A DNA stretch of 64,000 nucleotides from Cyanobacteriota bacterium (GCA_046045965.1 JBJOKS010000014.1:32001-96000), one strand, 5' to 3'; shown: positions 22,170 to 32,733, counted from the first letter of the stretch. Numbers and translations: made by a program. Notes: generated by a model not told the origin, from the sequence alone.

Positions 22170-22826
22170 TTATTCCAAAGCTTGTTTAGCTTCCTTTGCA
22201 ACTGCTTCTACTTCATCATTAACCAAAGTTGTCAAAACAGCTTTAGCTTCCGCAGTACCTAAATTACCTAAAGCTTGAGCTACTCTATAACGAATTTGCC
22301 AATCTGGGTTAGTTGCATAAGGTGTTAAAAGGGGAACAGCATCTGGGTTTCCCAACTCTCCCAGGGAGCTAATAGCCGCAGTTTGCACTAAACCATTATC
22401 GGAAGCAAGTGCTTGTTTGAGTAATTCAAAACCCCGTGGATCTCCCAATGCTCCCAAAGTGGCAATAATACTGAATTGTACCAACCATTCCGGGGTTTTA
22501 TGGTAAAGTTGCTCTAAATCTGCAAAAGCTGCGTGTAATTTCAGCGCACCTAAACAGTCTGCTGCTGCTGCTTGCACATCCGCTTCCGGATCATTGAGTA
22601 GTTCCCGTAATATCTGCAAGGATAAATCTAAATTCTGATCCCCCAGGGTGTCCATTTGACTGACAGCAGAATAACGGACACGGGAATTTTGATCACCAAT
22701 AGCGATTTGTACTAATTCTAAAGCGGTTTTGGGTTCTAGTTCGCGAATTTGATTAACTGCACGTAGGCGATCGCCCAAATTTTCCGAACTCAGTAACTCT
22801 TTCACAGATTCAGCAGATATACTCAT
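22170..22826 (-). CDS. nblB: HEAT-repeat phycobilisome degradation protein NblB
   Basis: PBS-lyase HEAT repeats; LGDRLRAVNQ, RVRYSAVSQ and EWLVQFSIIA. Confidence 0.75.
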   Translation of the reverse strand: MSISAESVKELLSSENLGDRLRAVNQIRELEPKTALELVQIAIGDQNSRVRYSAVSQMDTLGDQNLDLSLQILRELLNDPEADVQAAAADCLGALKLHAAFADLEQLYHKTPEWLVQFSIIATLGALGDPRGFELLKQALASDNGLVQTAAISSLGELGNPDAVPLLTPYATNPDWQIRYRVAQALGNLGTAEAKAVLTTLVNDEVEAVAKEAKQALE

Positions 22827-22859
22827 TTAATTATCCTATGTTATTATTAGCTTTCAATT

Positions 22860-22890
22860 TGTAGGGGTTTAGCACTGCTAAACCCCTACA
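22860..22890. repeat. REP-like palindrome
   Basis: TGTAGGGGTTTAGCA-C-TGCTAAACCCCTACA; copies at 29097-29126, 32131-32156 and 46143-46167. Confidence 0.8.
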
Positions 22891-22971
22891 GTTATTCTCT
22901 CGTTCCCATACTCTGTATAGGAATGAATTTTGGCAGTCTGAGACCAGGAACGAGGTACTGTAACTTGTCAT

Positions 22972-23430
22972 CTACTCTGCGGCCATAGCGCGAACAATAT
23001 CACCACGAGTCAGAATACCAATGACTTTTCCTGTACCATCAAGCACAGGTAAACGATGCACTTTATGTTCTTGGATGATTTTTGCAGCTTCTTTGAGAGG
23101 TTTATCAGGAGTAATGGTCAGAGGGTTTTTACTCATCACTTCCCCTACAGTTTGTCCTAAAGCTTTATGTAAATCCCGTTCATAAGCACCAGGATTTTGT
23201 AAATAAATCACACTATCCAAAAACATGATGTATGCAGGAGGAGTGACACCGGTTTCTTGCCACATCAGGTCTGTTTCGGATATGATACCCACTAATTTAC
23301 CTGTATCATCAATTACGGGTAAACCGCTAATACGTTTTTCTGCTAAGATTTGGATAGCTTCTTTTAAGGGAGTTTCAGGATGAACCATAATCGGATCATG
23401 GCTCATCACGTCTGCAACGGTTTTAAGCAT
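22972..23430 (-). CDS. CBS domain pair protein
   Basis: ISGLPVID..GKLVGIISETD and HRLPVLD..GKVIGILTRGD. Confidence 0.92.
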   Translation of the reverse strand: MLKTVADVMSHDPIMVHPETPLKEAIQILAEKRISGLPVIDDTGKLVGIISETDLMWQETGVTPPAYIMFLDSVIYLQNPGAYERDLHKALGQTVGEVMSKNPLTITPDKPLKEAAKIIQEHKVHRLPVLDGTGKVIGILTRGDIVRAMAAE

Positions 23431-23639
23431 TTTTTTTACTTACACCTTTTATAAAAGTCTTTTTTATTATTGTAGGTAATTGGGGGGTAATAAATAAATA
23501 TTTTTAATAGATTGTTACTTTTAATCTGGAAAATAAATTTATTTTGTAGGTTGGGTTGAGGTAAGGAAACCCAAAGCTATTAAATCAAAAGATTTACTGA
23601 TGTAAGTTTTTTGTTCAGCAAATCTACATTTTAATAAAA

Positions 23640-26600
23640 TTAATCTTGCAAATCTCTAACAAGTTTCATTAATTTGTTATATCTCTCTACATTACCTTGA
23701 TTTAAAGATATTTCTGCTGCTTTTGTAAAATCAGCAATAGCAGCTTCGTCATTATAAAATCCCCTGTAAATCAAACCGCGATTACCATAGGCGGAATCTA
23801 GTAAAGGGTCTAGATTAATTGCATTAGTATAATTTTCAATAGCTGCATCGTATTCTTCTAAATTATGCAAGTAGACACCACGATTATAATAAGCATACGC
23901 TAGTTTTTCATTATACTCTTTTGCTAATTCAGATTTTAATTCAATTGCTTCTTTATAATCTTCTATTGCACCTTGATAATCGTTAAGTTTGTTACGCAAA
24001 AAAGCTCTTAAACCATAACCTTCTGCAAAATCATCATTGATATATTTCAGTAACATAGTTAATTTATCTATGCCTTTTTGAATATCTCCTCCATCTCTGA
24101 CATCATCTAATACGTTGTTGTATACTTGTTTCTCCAAATCAGATTGTGCTGTAAAGTAATCTAACAAAATTGTAGAAGAATCATCATGAGAGCTTGGTAA
24201 AATTTGATAGGCTTTCCACAAAGTTCGATAAGCATCATAATAAAATTCAAGTCTAGATAAAGCTTCTCCTTTCTTCCACCAAGCTTGGTAAAAATTAGGA
24301 TCTATTTCTATAACCTCATCAAAAATCTGTACTGCTTCTTCATACTTTCCATAATACAAGAGTTCTGAACATTCACTAAATAACTGTTGTGCTTTTTGCC
24401 ATGCGCCCAATACCAAATCTGAATCATCAGATATTTCACCATTTTCACGAAAGCGCAGAAAATGTATACAACCAGATTTTTCTCCAGCTAAAATTGTTAA
24501 TCCATCTGGAGAAATTGCACAGGATGTTAATTCAGTATTACCATTGAAACTAGCAACTACTTCTCCAGTTTGTAAATCCCAAACTTTGAGAGATTGATCC
24601 TCTGATACTGAAACTGCATATTTACTATTAGGTGAAATAGCTACATCATTAATATAATTTGTATGTTCAGTAAAAGTTTGTATTAATTTTACACCATTAT
24701 TTATATTCCAAACTTTGAGGGTTGTACTATCTAAACGCGAGACTATTTTTGTAGCATCAGGAGTAATAGGAACAGGATTAAAAAATGCTTGGTTTCCACT
24801 TAAAGTTAGTAGTTCTTGAGATGAACCTAAATTCCAAACTTTAATTCCATAATCTCCACTTGATACAACATTTTGATCATCAGGTGTTATGCTAATTGCT
24901 CTAATTCTCTCATATTCCTTATCTCCACTCATGATTAGTAACTCTGTTCCTGTTTGCAAATCCCAAACTTTAATAGTGTTATCTCTGGAAGCAGAAATAA
25001 TTTTCTTGCCATCAGGAGTTATAATTACATCTACAACCCAATCATCATGTCCATTAATTGTCAGTAAGTTCTGACCTGAATTTAAATCCCAAACTTTAAT
25101 TGTTTTATCCTCTGAAGCTGAAACGGCTTTTTTACCGTCAGGAGTAACAGCTAAAGCTAATACATCCTTATCATGTCTCTCTAAACTGAATAACTCTTGA
25201 CCACTGTGTAAATCAAAAACTTTAAGGGTGTTATATTTTGCAGCTGCAATAACCCGTTGACTATCAGGTGTAATTTTAAACATTTGTAATGCTGAACGCC
25301 AAGAAATTTCTACATCATTAAATGTGAATAATTCCCTACATTTATGTAAATCCCAAATTTTTAATTTAAAATGTTCTGCTGAAATAGCTTTTTTACCATC
25401 AGGACTTACTGCTATTGCGTGTACTGTACTTTGATGCCCAGGTAAAATAGGTACTGGTTTATGCTTTTGTAAATTCCAAATTTTGATTGTATTGTCTCGT
25501 GATGCTGAAATTAGATATTTACTATCAGCAGTGACAACTAAATCATTAATATCACCAGAATGACCAATCAATGTTTCTAATGATGGATGAGAACCCCAAT
25601 TACCCCAAATGTTAATAGTATTTTCATCTGAACCTGAAATTATCTTTTCTCCATCAGGAGTTACAGCAATAGCAAGCTCATCAAATGATGCTAAAGCTAG
25701 TGTACCGAAAGAATCTACAGATTGACCAGTTTGTAAATTAAAAATTTTTATATCATCACCTGAAACTAAGATAATTTCTTTGCTATCCGCGCTTATTGTT
25801 ATATCATTTATTTTGTCTTTGTAGGGCTTGATATGAATTAATTCTATGCCATTTAATAAATCCCAAACTCTCACAGTTCTATCATCTGAACCTGAGACAA
25901 TCTTGCAACCATCAGGGGTTATTGCTATAGCATTAATTTGTTCAGTATGTCCGGTCAGAGTCAGCAATTCTTCACCTGTTTCTAAATTCCAAATTTTAAT
26001 AGTCTTATCCCACGAAGCAGAAATAATTTTACTACCATCAGGAGTCACTATTACCGAGGAAACACAATCAGAATGTCCCGTTAAAGTCAGTAATTCTGTA
26101 CCTTTTTTTAAGTCCCAAACTTTAATATTATTATCCTGTGAACCAGAAACTATTTGTTTATTATTAGGAGTTACCGCTACAGACCATACTCTATCTGAAT
26201 GTCCATGTAATGTTCTAATTTCCTGTCCGGTTTGAAAGTCCCAAATTTTAATATTTTTATCCCAAGAACCAGACACTATTTGTATCCCTGCATCAGTATA
26301 AGCTAAAGCTACAGCCATTACTTCTTCAGTGTGTCCTATCAGGGTTCTTAACATTGCTCCCCCTGGTGCGGTTAAGCTGGGGGTTAGGGGATATAATTTG
26401 AGTTCTGGTTGTTGTTTTGCTTGGGTTAATAATTTTCTAATTTCTGGTGTGTCAAAATGTGGTAAACGTCCTAAAAATTGAGCCGCTAGTTGTCTAGTAT
26501 CTACTGCTAAAGCATCTGCGGATAGTCGTAGTGCATCTTGAATTAAAGTGAGACTTTCTTGTGTTTCTTCTGAAAATTCAAGTTGAGATTGTAAGGCTAA

Positions 26601-26792
26601 TTCATAATCAGCAATAAGTGATTCTACTCCTGATTCAGATACTTTGAAATCTAGAAACTCGAAATTTGTTAATAATTTTTGTAATCTTTCTCCTGCTGAT
26701 GATTTTGCTAGATAAGTTGGGATTTCTAAAAAATCTCTGCGCTTATCAATAGGCATATTTGCCAATCGTGTTTTGAAGTTACTCATCTCCAA
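23640..26792 (-). CDS. APAF-1-helical-domain-like + WD40 repeats + TPR protein (sensor half of a split STAND protein)
   Basis: N-terminal LLTNFEFL..K...LIADY...LIQDALRLS; many GH...WD/WN repeats; C-terminal AYYNRG TPRs; overlaps the upstream ATPase gene by 14 nt. Confidence 0.88.
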   Translation of the reverse strand: MEMSNFKTRLANMPIDKRRDFLEIPTYLAKSSAGERLQKLLTNFEFLDFKVSESGVESLIADYELALQSQLEFSEETQESLTLIQDALRLSADALAVDTRQLAAQFLGRLPHFDTPEIRKLLTQAKQQPELKLYPLTPSLTAPGGAMLRTLIGHTEEVMAVALAYTDAGIQIVSGSWDKNIKIWDFQTGQEIRTLHGHSDRVWSVAVTPNNKQIVSGSQDNNIKVWDLKKGTELLTLTGHSDCVSSVIVTPDGSKIISASWDKTIKIWNLETGEELLTLTGHTEQINAIAITPDGCKIVSGSDDRTVRVWDLLNGIELIHIKPYKDKINDITISADSKEIILVSGDDIKIFNLQTGQSVDSFGTLALASFDELAIAVTPDGEKIISGSDENTINIWGNWGSHPSLETLIGHSGDINDLVVTADSKYLISASRDNTIKIWNLQKHKPVPILPGHQSTVHAIAVSPDGKKAISAEHFKLKIWDLHKCRELFTFNDVEISWRSALQMFKITPDSQRVIAAAKYNTLKVFDLHSGQELFSLERHDKDVLALAVTPDGKKAVSASEDKTIKVWDLNSGQNLLTINGHDDWVVDVIITPDGKKIISASRDNTIKVWDLQTGTELLIMSGDKEYERIRAISITPDDQNVVSSGDYGIKVWNLGSSQELLTLSGNQAFFNPVPITPDATKIVSRLDSTTLKVWNINNGVKLIQTFTEHTNYINDVAISPNSKYAVSVSEDQSLKVWDLQTGEVVASFNGNTELTSCAISPDGLTILAGEKSGCIHFLRFRENGEISDDSDLVLGAWQKAQQLFSECSELLYYGKYEEAVQIFDEVIEIDPNFYQAWWKKGEALSRLEFYYDAYRTLWKAYQILPSSHDDSSTILLDYFTAQSDLEKQVYNNVLDDVRDGGDIQKGIDKLTMLLKYINDDFAEGYGLRAFLRNKLNDYQGAIEDYKEAIELKSELAKEYNEKLAYAYYNRGVYLHNLEEYDAAIENYTNAINLDPLLDSAYGNRGLIYRGFYNDEAAIADFTKAAEISLNQGNVERYNKLMKLVRDLQD

Positions 26793-28185
26793 ACATTGCC
26801 TCCCATAAATAATCTGCTTTTTGTTTGTTAATTACCTGTAATGAAACTCCTGCTTGTTTAACAATTTCTTGGTCATGCAGAAATTCGGAGAAACTACGAT
26901 GATAAATGCTATAACAAGTTCTATCTTCAATCAGACGTTTATGTAAAAATTGTAGCCATTTTTCTAAAATCTCCTGTACTGTTAATGGTGTTTCGTGAAT
27001 ATATTCAGATATTAATTCACAGGAAATAGGCTGACGGGTTTCTGCTAAATGATAAACTACATACAGTTTAATCATAGGTCTGGGTTCGTCATTCATTCCC
27101 ATGCGTACCCAATGAAATTTATAGTATTCTTGTAAACCTGTGGGTAAACCTTCAAGGTTTAAATCTTGATATTCATTTTCTTCAATATCTCTCATTACAT
27201 GAAATAAATACATGAAATTGTTTTGACTACGATTAGCAATTTCATCAATAAATTTCTCTTGTGTAACTGATTGAGATTTAATCCATTGACGTAAGGTTTC
27301 ACTATTGTTAACTCGATTGCGAACGTATGTACAAATATCCTCTCTACTTTCAGCTTGATATTCTTCGAGTAAGTTTAATATTTGTTTTGGAGAATCTGTC
27401 ATTAATCGTACATTGGCATCACGTCTAACTGTGGTAATAAAGTAAATACCTTGGGGTAAATAACGCGGTAAATACAAAATATTGGCAGTTTTATTTTGTT
27501 TAGATTGATCAACTTCATCTAAAGCATCAACAGCGATAACTACAGGGTTGCCATTGCTTTTTTTAGCTACTTCTTCTAATAATTTGCTTAGAAAAATTCC
27601 ATTATTTTTGGCTTCATCAGATAAAGAATAGGGGAGTTGATACCGTTGAATGATTTGTTGACAAATGCTTTCGAGAAATTGCTGAGGATCATTTTGTCCT
27701 TCTTGTTCAATGTTGAAATGATATATACATTCTGTATCTTGGACATATTTAGCTAAGATGGCACTTTTTCCCATTCCAGGGTCAGCAGTGATGGTGAAAT
27801 AACCATTGGGTTTACTGTTAATAAATTCAGATATGGCACTAAATACATATTCACGTCCTACAAACCCTTCCAACTTACTAGCAATTATCGCTGGTAATGG
27901 TTGAAATGGTATTTCTTTTGGTTGTTCATTTTCTGATTCTTGATTTTTCTTTCTTGCTACTGGAGTTTTATCAACTATATCTTCCCAATTTTCTATTCCT
28001 ACAGCTTTACAGAGAGCAACAAATGTTTCTTGTTCAACTCTCTCACCATGCTGAAAGCGGACTAATGTTGAATCTGAACAATTGGCATATCTGTACCATT
28101 TTATCTCTTTAGTCGTCCAGCCTTTTTTTCTTCTAGCTAAATCAACCATTTCTATTCCTTGTTGAGAAAGTCCGATTGTTGGCAT
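26779..28185 (-). CDS. HTH-like + NACHT/AAA STAND ATPase
   Basis: FVGRE, Walker A ADPGMGKS, Walker B IAVDALDE, LPTGL..YY, IYHRSF; ATG 28185 preferred over 28221 because of an upstream GGTGGAG. Confidence 0.85.
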   Translation of the reverse strand: MPTIGLSQQGIEMVDLARRKKGWTTKEIKWYRYANCSDSTLVRFQHGERVEQETFVALCKAVGIENWEDIVDKTPVARKKNQESENEQPKEIPFQPLPAIIASKLEGFVGREYVFSAISEFINSKPNGYFTITADPGMGKSAILAKYVQDTECIYHFNIEQEGQNDPQQFLESICQQIIQRYQLPYSLSDEAKNNGIFLSKLLEEVAKKSNGNPVVIAVDALDEVDQSKQNKTANILYLPRYLPQGIYFITTVRRDANVRLMTDSPKQILNLLEEYQAESREDICTYVRNRVNNSETLRQWIKSQSVTQEKFIDEIANRSQNNFMYLFHVMRDIEENEYQDLNLEGLPTGLQEYYKFHWVRMGMNDEPRPMIKLYVVYHLAETRQPISCELISEYIHETPLTVQEILEKWLQFLHKRLIEDRTCYSIYHRSFSEFLHDQEIVKQAGVSLQVINKQKADYLWEAMFGDE

Positions 28186-28403
28186 ATTTATACTCCACCT
28201 AGTGTTTTTAATTAGCGTCAATTTGGGATCAGTTTGGGATCAGTGATCCAAAACTGGGATTATTTACCCTTAATTCCTGTGTAATTCTAAAAATTGTCGA
28301 AAGCGAACGTTGGCCAACCCGCTGGAAACTCCATTCCGGGGATTTTGCAGAATCCCCAAAATCAGACCGATTGAAATACAGAGAGTTATCGGGACTTATA
28401 CGT

Positions 28404-28970
28404 ATGCCAGTAGTTAAGCCAATTGTAGCAAAGAATGAGTTGCACGCGGTACAACAGGAGGCGATCGCCAACTATATCCAGTACGCACAGTCACCACTAG
28501 AATTAGAGTTTGGGGAAAAATTGCAGACTAGAGATTTTAGGGCGATCATCTATTATTTCATATATCTCAAACACTGGACACAAGAAAGAACTGTGGGTGC
28601 GCTGACTGGGTACATGATGTTTTTATTTTTAATTTCTGTTTATCATCCCCAGTATCGTATTATTCCCATAATTGACGTAGATGAATTGTGGCATACACAC
28701 ATCTTTTTGAATACAAACAATTATGATCAAGATTGCCAAAAATTATTTGGCTATTATTTAGATCATGCCGCACATATTTCGTTAGAGGAAACAGAAGAAT
28801 ATGATTCTCAAGCGGCTTTTGCTAACACTTTGATTCTGCTAGAAAAACATTTTGGTAGTGCAGCTTTAGTAAAATTAGCTAATACTAACTCTCTACAAGC
28901 AGCCACTTCTGGTCCCGTCACAGCTATTTTCCCATCCAGTAGTTGTGGTCCGATGGTATTTAGAAATTAG
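28404..28970 (+). CDS. Glycine-rich-domain (GRDP/DUF1399-like) protein
   Basis: VDELWHTHI...Y..DC..LFGYYLDH motif; ATG 28404 preferred over TTG 28371. Confidence 0.7.
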   Translation: MPVVKPIVAKNELHAVQQEAIANYIQYAQSPLELEFGEKLQTRDFRAIIYYFIYLKHWTQERTVGALTGYMMFLFLISVYHPQYRIIPIIDVDELWHTHIFLNTNNYDQDCQKLFGYYLDHAAHISLEETEEYDSQAAFANTLILLEKHFGSAALVKLANTNSLQAATSGPVTAIFPSSSCGPMVFRN

Positions 28971-29220
28971 ATATTTTCTGATATACCTAATACACAGCAT
29001 TTCTTGTTGAGGTACACATCTAGCTGTCAAGATGCCCGCACCACAAGAGTTTTATTATTCAAGTTTGTACTTCATTTGCCCGAAATCTGCTGTAATTGTA
29101 GGAGTTTAGCATTGCTAAACCCCTACGACTGTATTAATAATTAGAGATATTGTGTTTGTGCTATTATTGAACCAAAACTAATATTATTTAAATTTGATTT
29201 AAATTTGATTTAAATTAAAT

Positions 29221-31659
29221 TTATCGTTCTAACGATTGGATAAATAATTCCATATTCTCTTTATCCACCAACATTCCCAATTTATCAAAATCCTGATAAG
29301 CTAACTCTGCAAATTTTTTAGCATCAACAAAATCATAATTAGCTTTCTTTAAATTAGCCATAGAAGCCTTACAATGAGCAATTAAAGATTTATCAAGATT
29401 CTCATCGGACATAGACAAGCATTCTGTTAATAATTTTTCAGCAGCATCTAAATTTTTATTTGCCTTAATGTACAAGTCAGCCACCCATTTCTGATTAAAA
29501 TAAATTGCACGTTTGGAATTAATATTTTCAGCTAAATTGGCGGCTTTTTGAAAACATTTCTCAGCTTTATCTAAATCATGCTGATCACCTCTTTCATAAT
29601 AAATTCTGCCTTCATAATGCCAAATCTTTAACCCTTGACGATCAATATTTTCTGGATTTATATCAACAGATTTATTCAACAGTTCCTTACTTAGCTTCAG
29701 CCATAAAGCAGCTTTGTTGTATTTCTTTTGTTTCCAATAAAAATAAACAATATTAATAGCTAGTTCAATCTCCTGTATATCGTGATATTGCCGAAGTTTC
29801 CAAGCTTTTCTAAAGTATTTTTTTGCTTTTATAAAATTCTCCATTAAAGTGAGAGTCCATGCTTGATCATGGAATAATTCAAATAAATGTGATGAGTAAT
29901 CAGGATTTTGTTCAGATGCTTCTATCAGCCAATCTGTCCATTCTAAACGGTTAAATAGAGAATTAGCACCAGATCCTTGATGATAAGCTGAAGGACGAAT
30001 ATTCCGCCAAAAAGTCAAAGATTCGAGAAATTTTTCATGCTCTTGACACCATGCAATTGCTGTTTGTAAATTATCATATTCAGCAACGAAGTAATCCATA
30101 TACTCATATTCATACCAATCTTTGTGATCCTTTTTTCTGTATCCTTGAGAAAATTCTAAATACCAATTAATCCATCTTTCTCTTGCTTGCTGCTCAAAAA
30201 CAGGATTATTTGTTAATTCAGTAGATACATAATTACGAATTAGAGGTAAAGGAATTTCGTAACGATTTTCATCATACTTAATTAACAAGCGATCTTCTAA
30301 TAATTGCAAATCCTTGTTTATTTTATCATCATCTGTTACGGTAAGTGCAACATAAGCGATCGCATCTCGCAAAGCAGGTTTAGGAAACATCACCAAAGCC
30401 ATTAATAAATCATAAGCAGAAGCAGATTCTTCCTTTAATGATTTTAATAAAAATTCCTCTTTATTTGGCAATTTACTTAAACAATTATCATGCTGCAACT
30501 GATTCAGAGCATCAATAATTAACCCCGGTATCCCACCAATAATATCTTTTATTTGTTGATATTGGTTTGGTGTAAGATTAACACTTAATTCTTGAGCTTT
30601 TTCTGTGATAAAAATTCTCGTGTCTTCTGCTGAGAGAATTTCCAGATGTAAAGGATGACCTAGCTTAGTTCTTCGACGTGATGTAATTAAGATTTTCACA
30701 TTAGAAGGCATTTGTTCAATTAGTGACTTAATATCTTGTTTATCTGCCTCAGTTTCCACATTATCTATAATTAACAGAGTATTGATGTTTTTAAATTTAG
30801 CAATAATCTTTTTTAAGAGTTGCTCTTGATTGGACTCATTAATAATTTTTTTCTTAATTTCCAAAGTAAGTGCAATGTCTTTATAAACATTCTCTAAATT
30901 AGATTCTCGACTCTCACAATGTTGCTGTTGTTTAATAGAAGTAAAAATAAAAGCATCAAACATTGGTAAATCCAAGCTGTGATTACTCTTTCTAGCTTGT
31001 AAAAAACGCAAAGCAGCTTCTTTTACTAGAGTAGTTTTACCAAAACCAGGCAAGGCAGTTATACTAATTATAGGTATATAAGGATTATCAATTAAGTTTA
31101 ATAATTTTGTAACTTCTGTTTCCCTAGCAATAAAATTATTATAATTTTTGACTAAATTACTGTAAATAATATCTTTTCTGCTTTCTGCTAATTCTTGCCA
31201 ATTTGTTAAACCTAAAACATGACAATAAGCTATAAAAGCAAGTTGATTAATGAATAAACCACGTACAAAGCTATTCCAAGTTCTATATGATATTCCCGTA
31301 AAATATATTTTCCTGTCTTCTATTAAATCTTCTATAGTTTTATAGAAAGAAATTTTGCGTTTCTGTTGATTTTGAAAAAGTTTAATCTTTATCAGATTAA
31401 AAAGTCTGGCTCTTTCTGAATTAATCTTGGTTCTATCATCCTTACTTACGTTAACTAGAGGCACAAAATAATATTCAAGTTCGTTATACCATCTTTGATC
31501 ATTTTCTCCCCAATTATTTTCCCTTGCATGTTGTGCCATTAAAAACTTGGAAGCTTCACGGAAAGGTGCATTTTCCATTGTATATTCTCTGTCTTGTCTA
31601 GCCGCTTCAACCTCTTTCCGTTTCCCTTCAAGTACCCTGAAAGTTTCCACTACAAGCAT
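29221..31659 (-). CDS. HTH-like + NB-ARC STAND ATPase + TPR protein
   Basis: FIARE, Walker A LPGFGKT, Walker B LLIIDNVE, ILITSR, GGIPG and helical repeats; ATG 31659 preferred over GTG 31689. Confidence 0.85.
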   Translation of the reverse strand: MLVVETFRVLEGKRKEVEAARQDREYTMENAPFREASKFLMAQHARENNWGENDQRWYNELEYYFVPLVNVSKDDRTKINSERARLFNLIKIKLFQNQQKRKISFYKTIEDLIEDRKIYFTGISYRTWNSFVRGLFINQLAFIAYCHVLGLTNWQELAESRKDIIYSNLVKNYNNFIARETEVTKLLNLIDNPYIPIISITALPGFGKTTLVKEAALRFLQARKSNHSLDLPMFDAFIFTSIKQQQHCESRESNLENVYKDIALTLEIKKKIINESNQEQLLKKIIAKFKNINTLLIIDNVETEADKQDIKSLIEQMPSNVKILITSRRRTKLGHPLHLEILSAEDTRIFITEKAQELSVNLTPNQYQQIKDIIGGIPGLIIDALNQLQHDNCLSKLPNKEEFLLKSLKEESASAYDLLMALVMFPKPALRDAIAYVALTVTDDDKINKDLQLLEDRLLIKYDENRYEIPLPLIRNYVSTELTNNPVFEQQARERWINWYLEFSQGYRKKDHKDWYEYEYMDYFVAEYDNLQTAIAWCQEHEKFLESLTFWRNIRPSAYHQGSGANSLFNRLEWTDWLIEASEQNPDYSSHLFELFHDQAWTLTLMENFIKAKKYFRKAWKLRQYHDIQEIELAINIVYFYWKQKKYNKAALWLKLSKELLNKSVDINPENIDRQGLKIWHYEGRIYYERGDQHDLDKAEKCFQKAANLAENINSKRAIYFNQKWVADLYIKANKNLDAAEKLLTECLSMSDENLDKSLIAHCKASMANLKKANYDFVDAKKFAELAYQDFDKLGMLVDKENMELFIQSLER

Positions 31660-31680
31660 ATATAAACCCTGTTCCCTGAC

Positions 31681-31715
31681 CAAGATCACTTAGTATTCCA
31701 TTTTAACTGATCTTG
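31681..31715. promoter_or_regulatory. Putative operator, copy 1
   Basis: CAAGATCA-N19-TGATCTTG, a perfect 8-bp inverted repeat between divergent genes. Confidence 0.7.
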
Positions 31716-31781
31716 TTGGCTGCCAAGTCAATTGTGAAAATAAAAACAAGGTGTCTACATATATGTCAGGAGTTTACATTT

Positions 31782-32084
31782 ATGGCTCGTGTGGATTGGA
31801 ATGGTCCGGTTTATCACTCTAAAAACGGGCGTTACTACTGCTATGGTACTGATAGGGATGGTAATAAGCATATTTTAGATGGGGATAGTCAGCGAGATTT
31901 GCAAGTAAATTATCTTGGTGAACTATCACCAGGTGGACTTCATGATCATCACTACACAAAAAACGGTAGGTGGTACACCCAGACACGAGTTGATACTGGA
32001 CATCTATTTAATGATGGTGGAGTTGCGAGCGATGCAGGTGGATATTTAGATCATCTGTTTGATGAGCTAAAAAGGTTAGGCTAA
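31782..32084 (+). CDS. Small hypothetical protein with an internal repeat
   Basis: AGGAG upstream of ATG 31782; 100 aa; YHSKNGRYY / HYTKNGRWY. Confidence 0.7.
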   Translation: MARVDWNGPVYHSKNGRYYCYGTDRDGNKHILDGDSQRDLQVNYLGELSPGGLHDHHYTKNGRWYTQTRVDTGHLFNDGGVASDAGGYLDHLFDELKRLG

Positions 32085-32193
32085 CTCTCAACTGATTATA
32101 TACCGAGGATGTATCTATAAAACTAACCTAGTAGGGGTTTAGCATTGCTAAACCCTCTAATCTTGAACAAAAATTATTTTACAGGTCAAGGAA

Positions 32194-32733
32194 ATGCACA
32201 TAGCAACCTCCCAGCGAAAATACATCTTTTTCTGTCTCTTCTGCATTAGTTCCTCACTCGTTATTAGTGGGTGTGCTAATACATCAATTGCCAAGCCTAT
32301 TTCCGAAAGTGATCCTCTATTAACACAGAGGTCTTTAGCTCTTGTATTAACGATTATATTGGGATTTATACAACTTGGAATTTTATTGATTAAAAACCCC
32401 CAAGCTCCACAAGTTGGAGAGGCTTGGTTTCAGCAAAATATACCCTCAGTCATTGCAATTCCATTAATATGGTCAAAACTGGGTGAATGGGGTTATATGA
32501 TTTCCAATTGGTTATTCAACCTATGGAATCCTTTGGTGTTGATATTGGGATTTTTTAATGGTGTACTTGGAAATGTAGGACTAGCTCTATCTTGGATTGT
32601 ATTATTTGGGTTTGTTTTCCCTTCACCAGATTTATTCGCTTGGGCAGTTTTACCAACATTAGCAGGTTTAATTGTCAACTTATTTTTACTAGCTTTTGCA
32701 AAAACTGGTAATAATGCAGGAGGTAATTCATAA
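32194..32733 (+). CDS. Hypothetical membrane protein, possible lipoprotein
   Basis: LVISGC lipobox-like signal followed by several hydrophobic segments. Confidence 0.65.
   Translation: MHIATSQRKYIFFCLFCISSSLVISGCANTSIAKPISESDPLLTQRSLALVLTIILGFIQLGILLIKNPQAPQVGEAWFQQNIPSVIAIPLIWSKLGEWGYMISNWLFNLWNPLVLILGFFNGVLGNVGLALSWIVLFGFVFPSPDLFAWAVLPTLAGLIVNLFLLAFAKTGNNAGGNS

Noticed and set aside
24480..26350. WD40 repeats as a possible diversity-generating retroelement target or array
   Set aside because: Repeats are diverged coding units; no reverse transcriptase or adenine-specific template/variable pair seen
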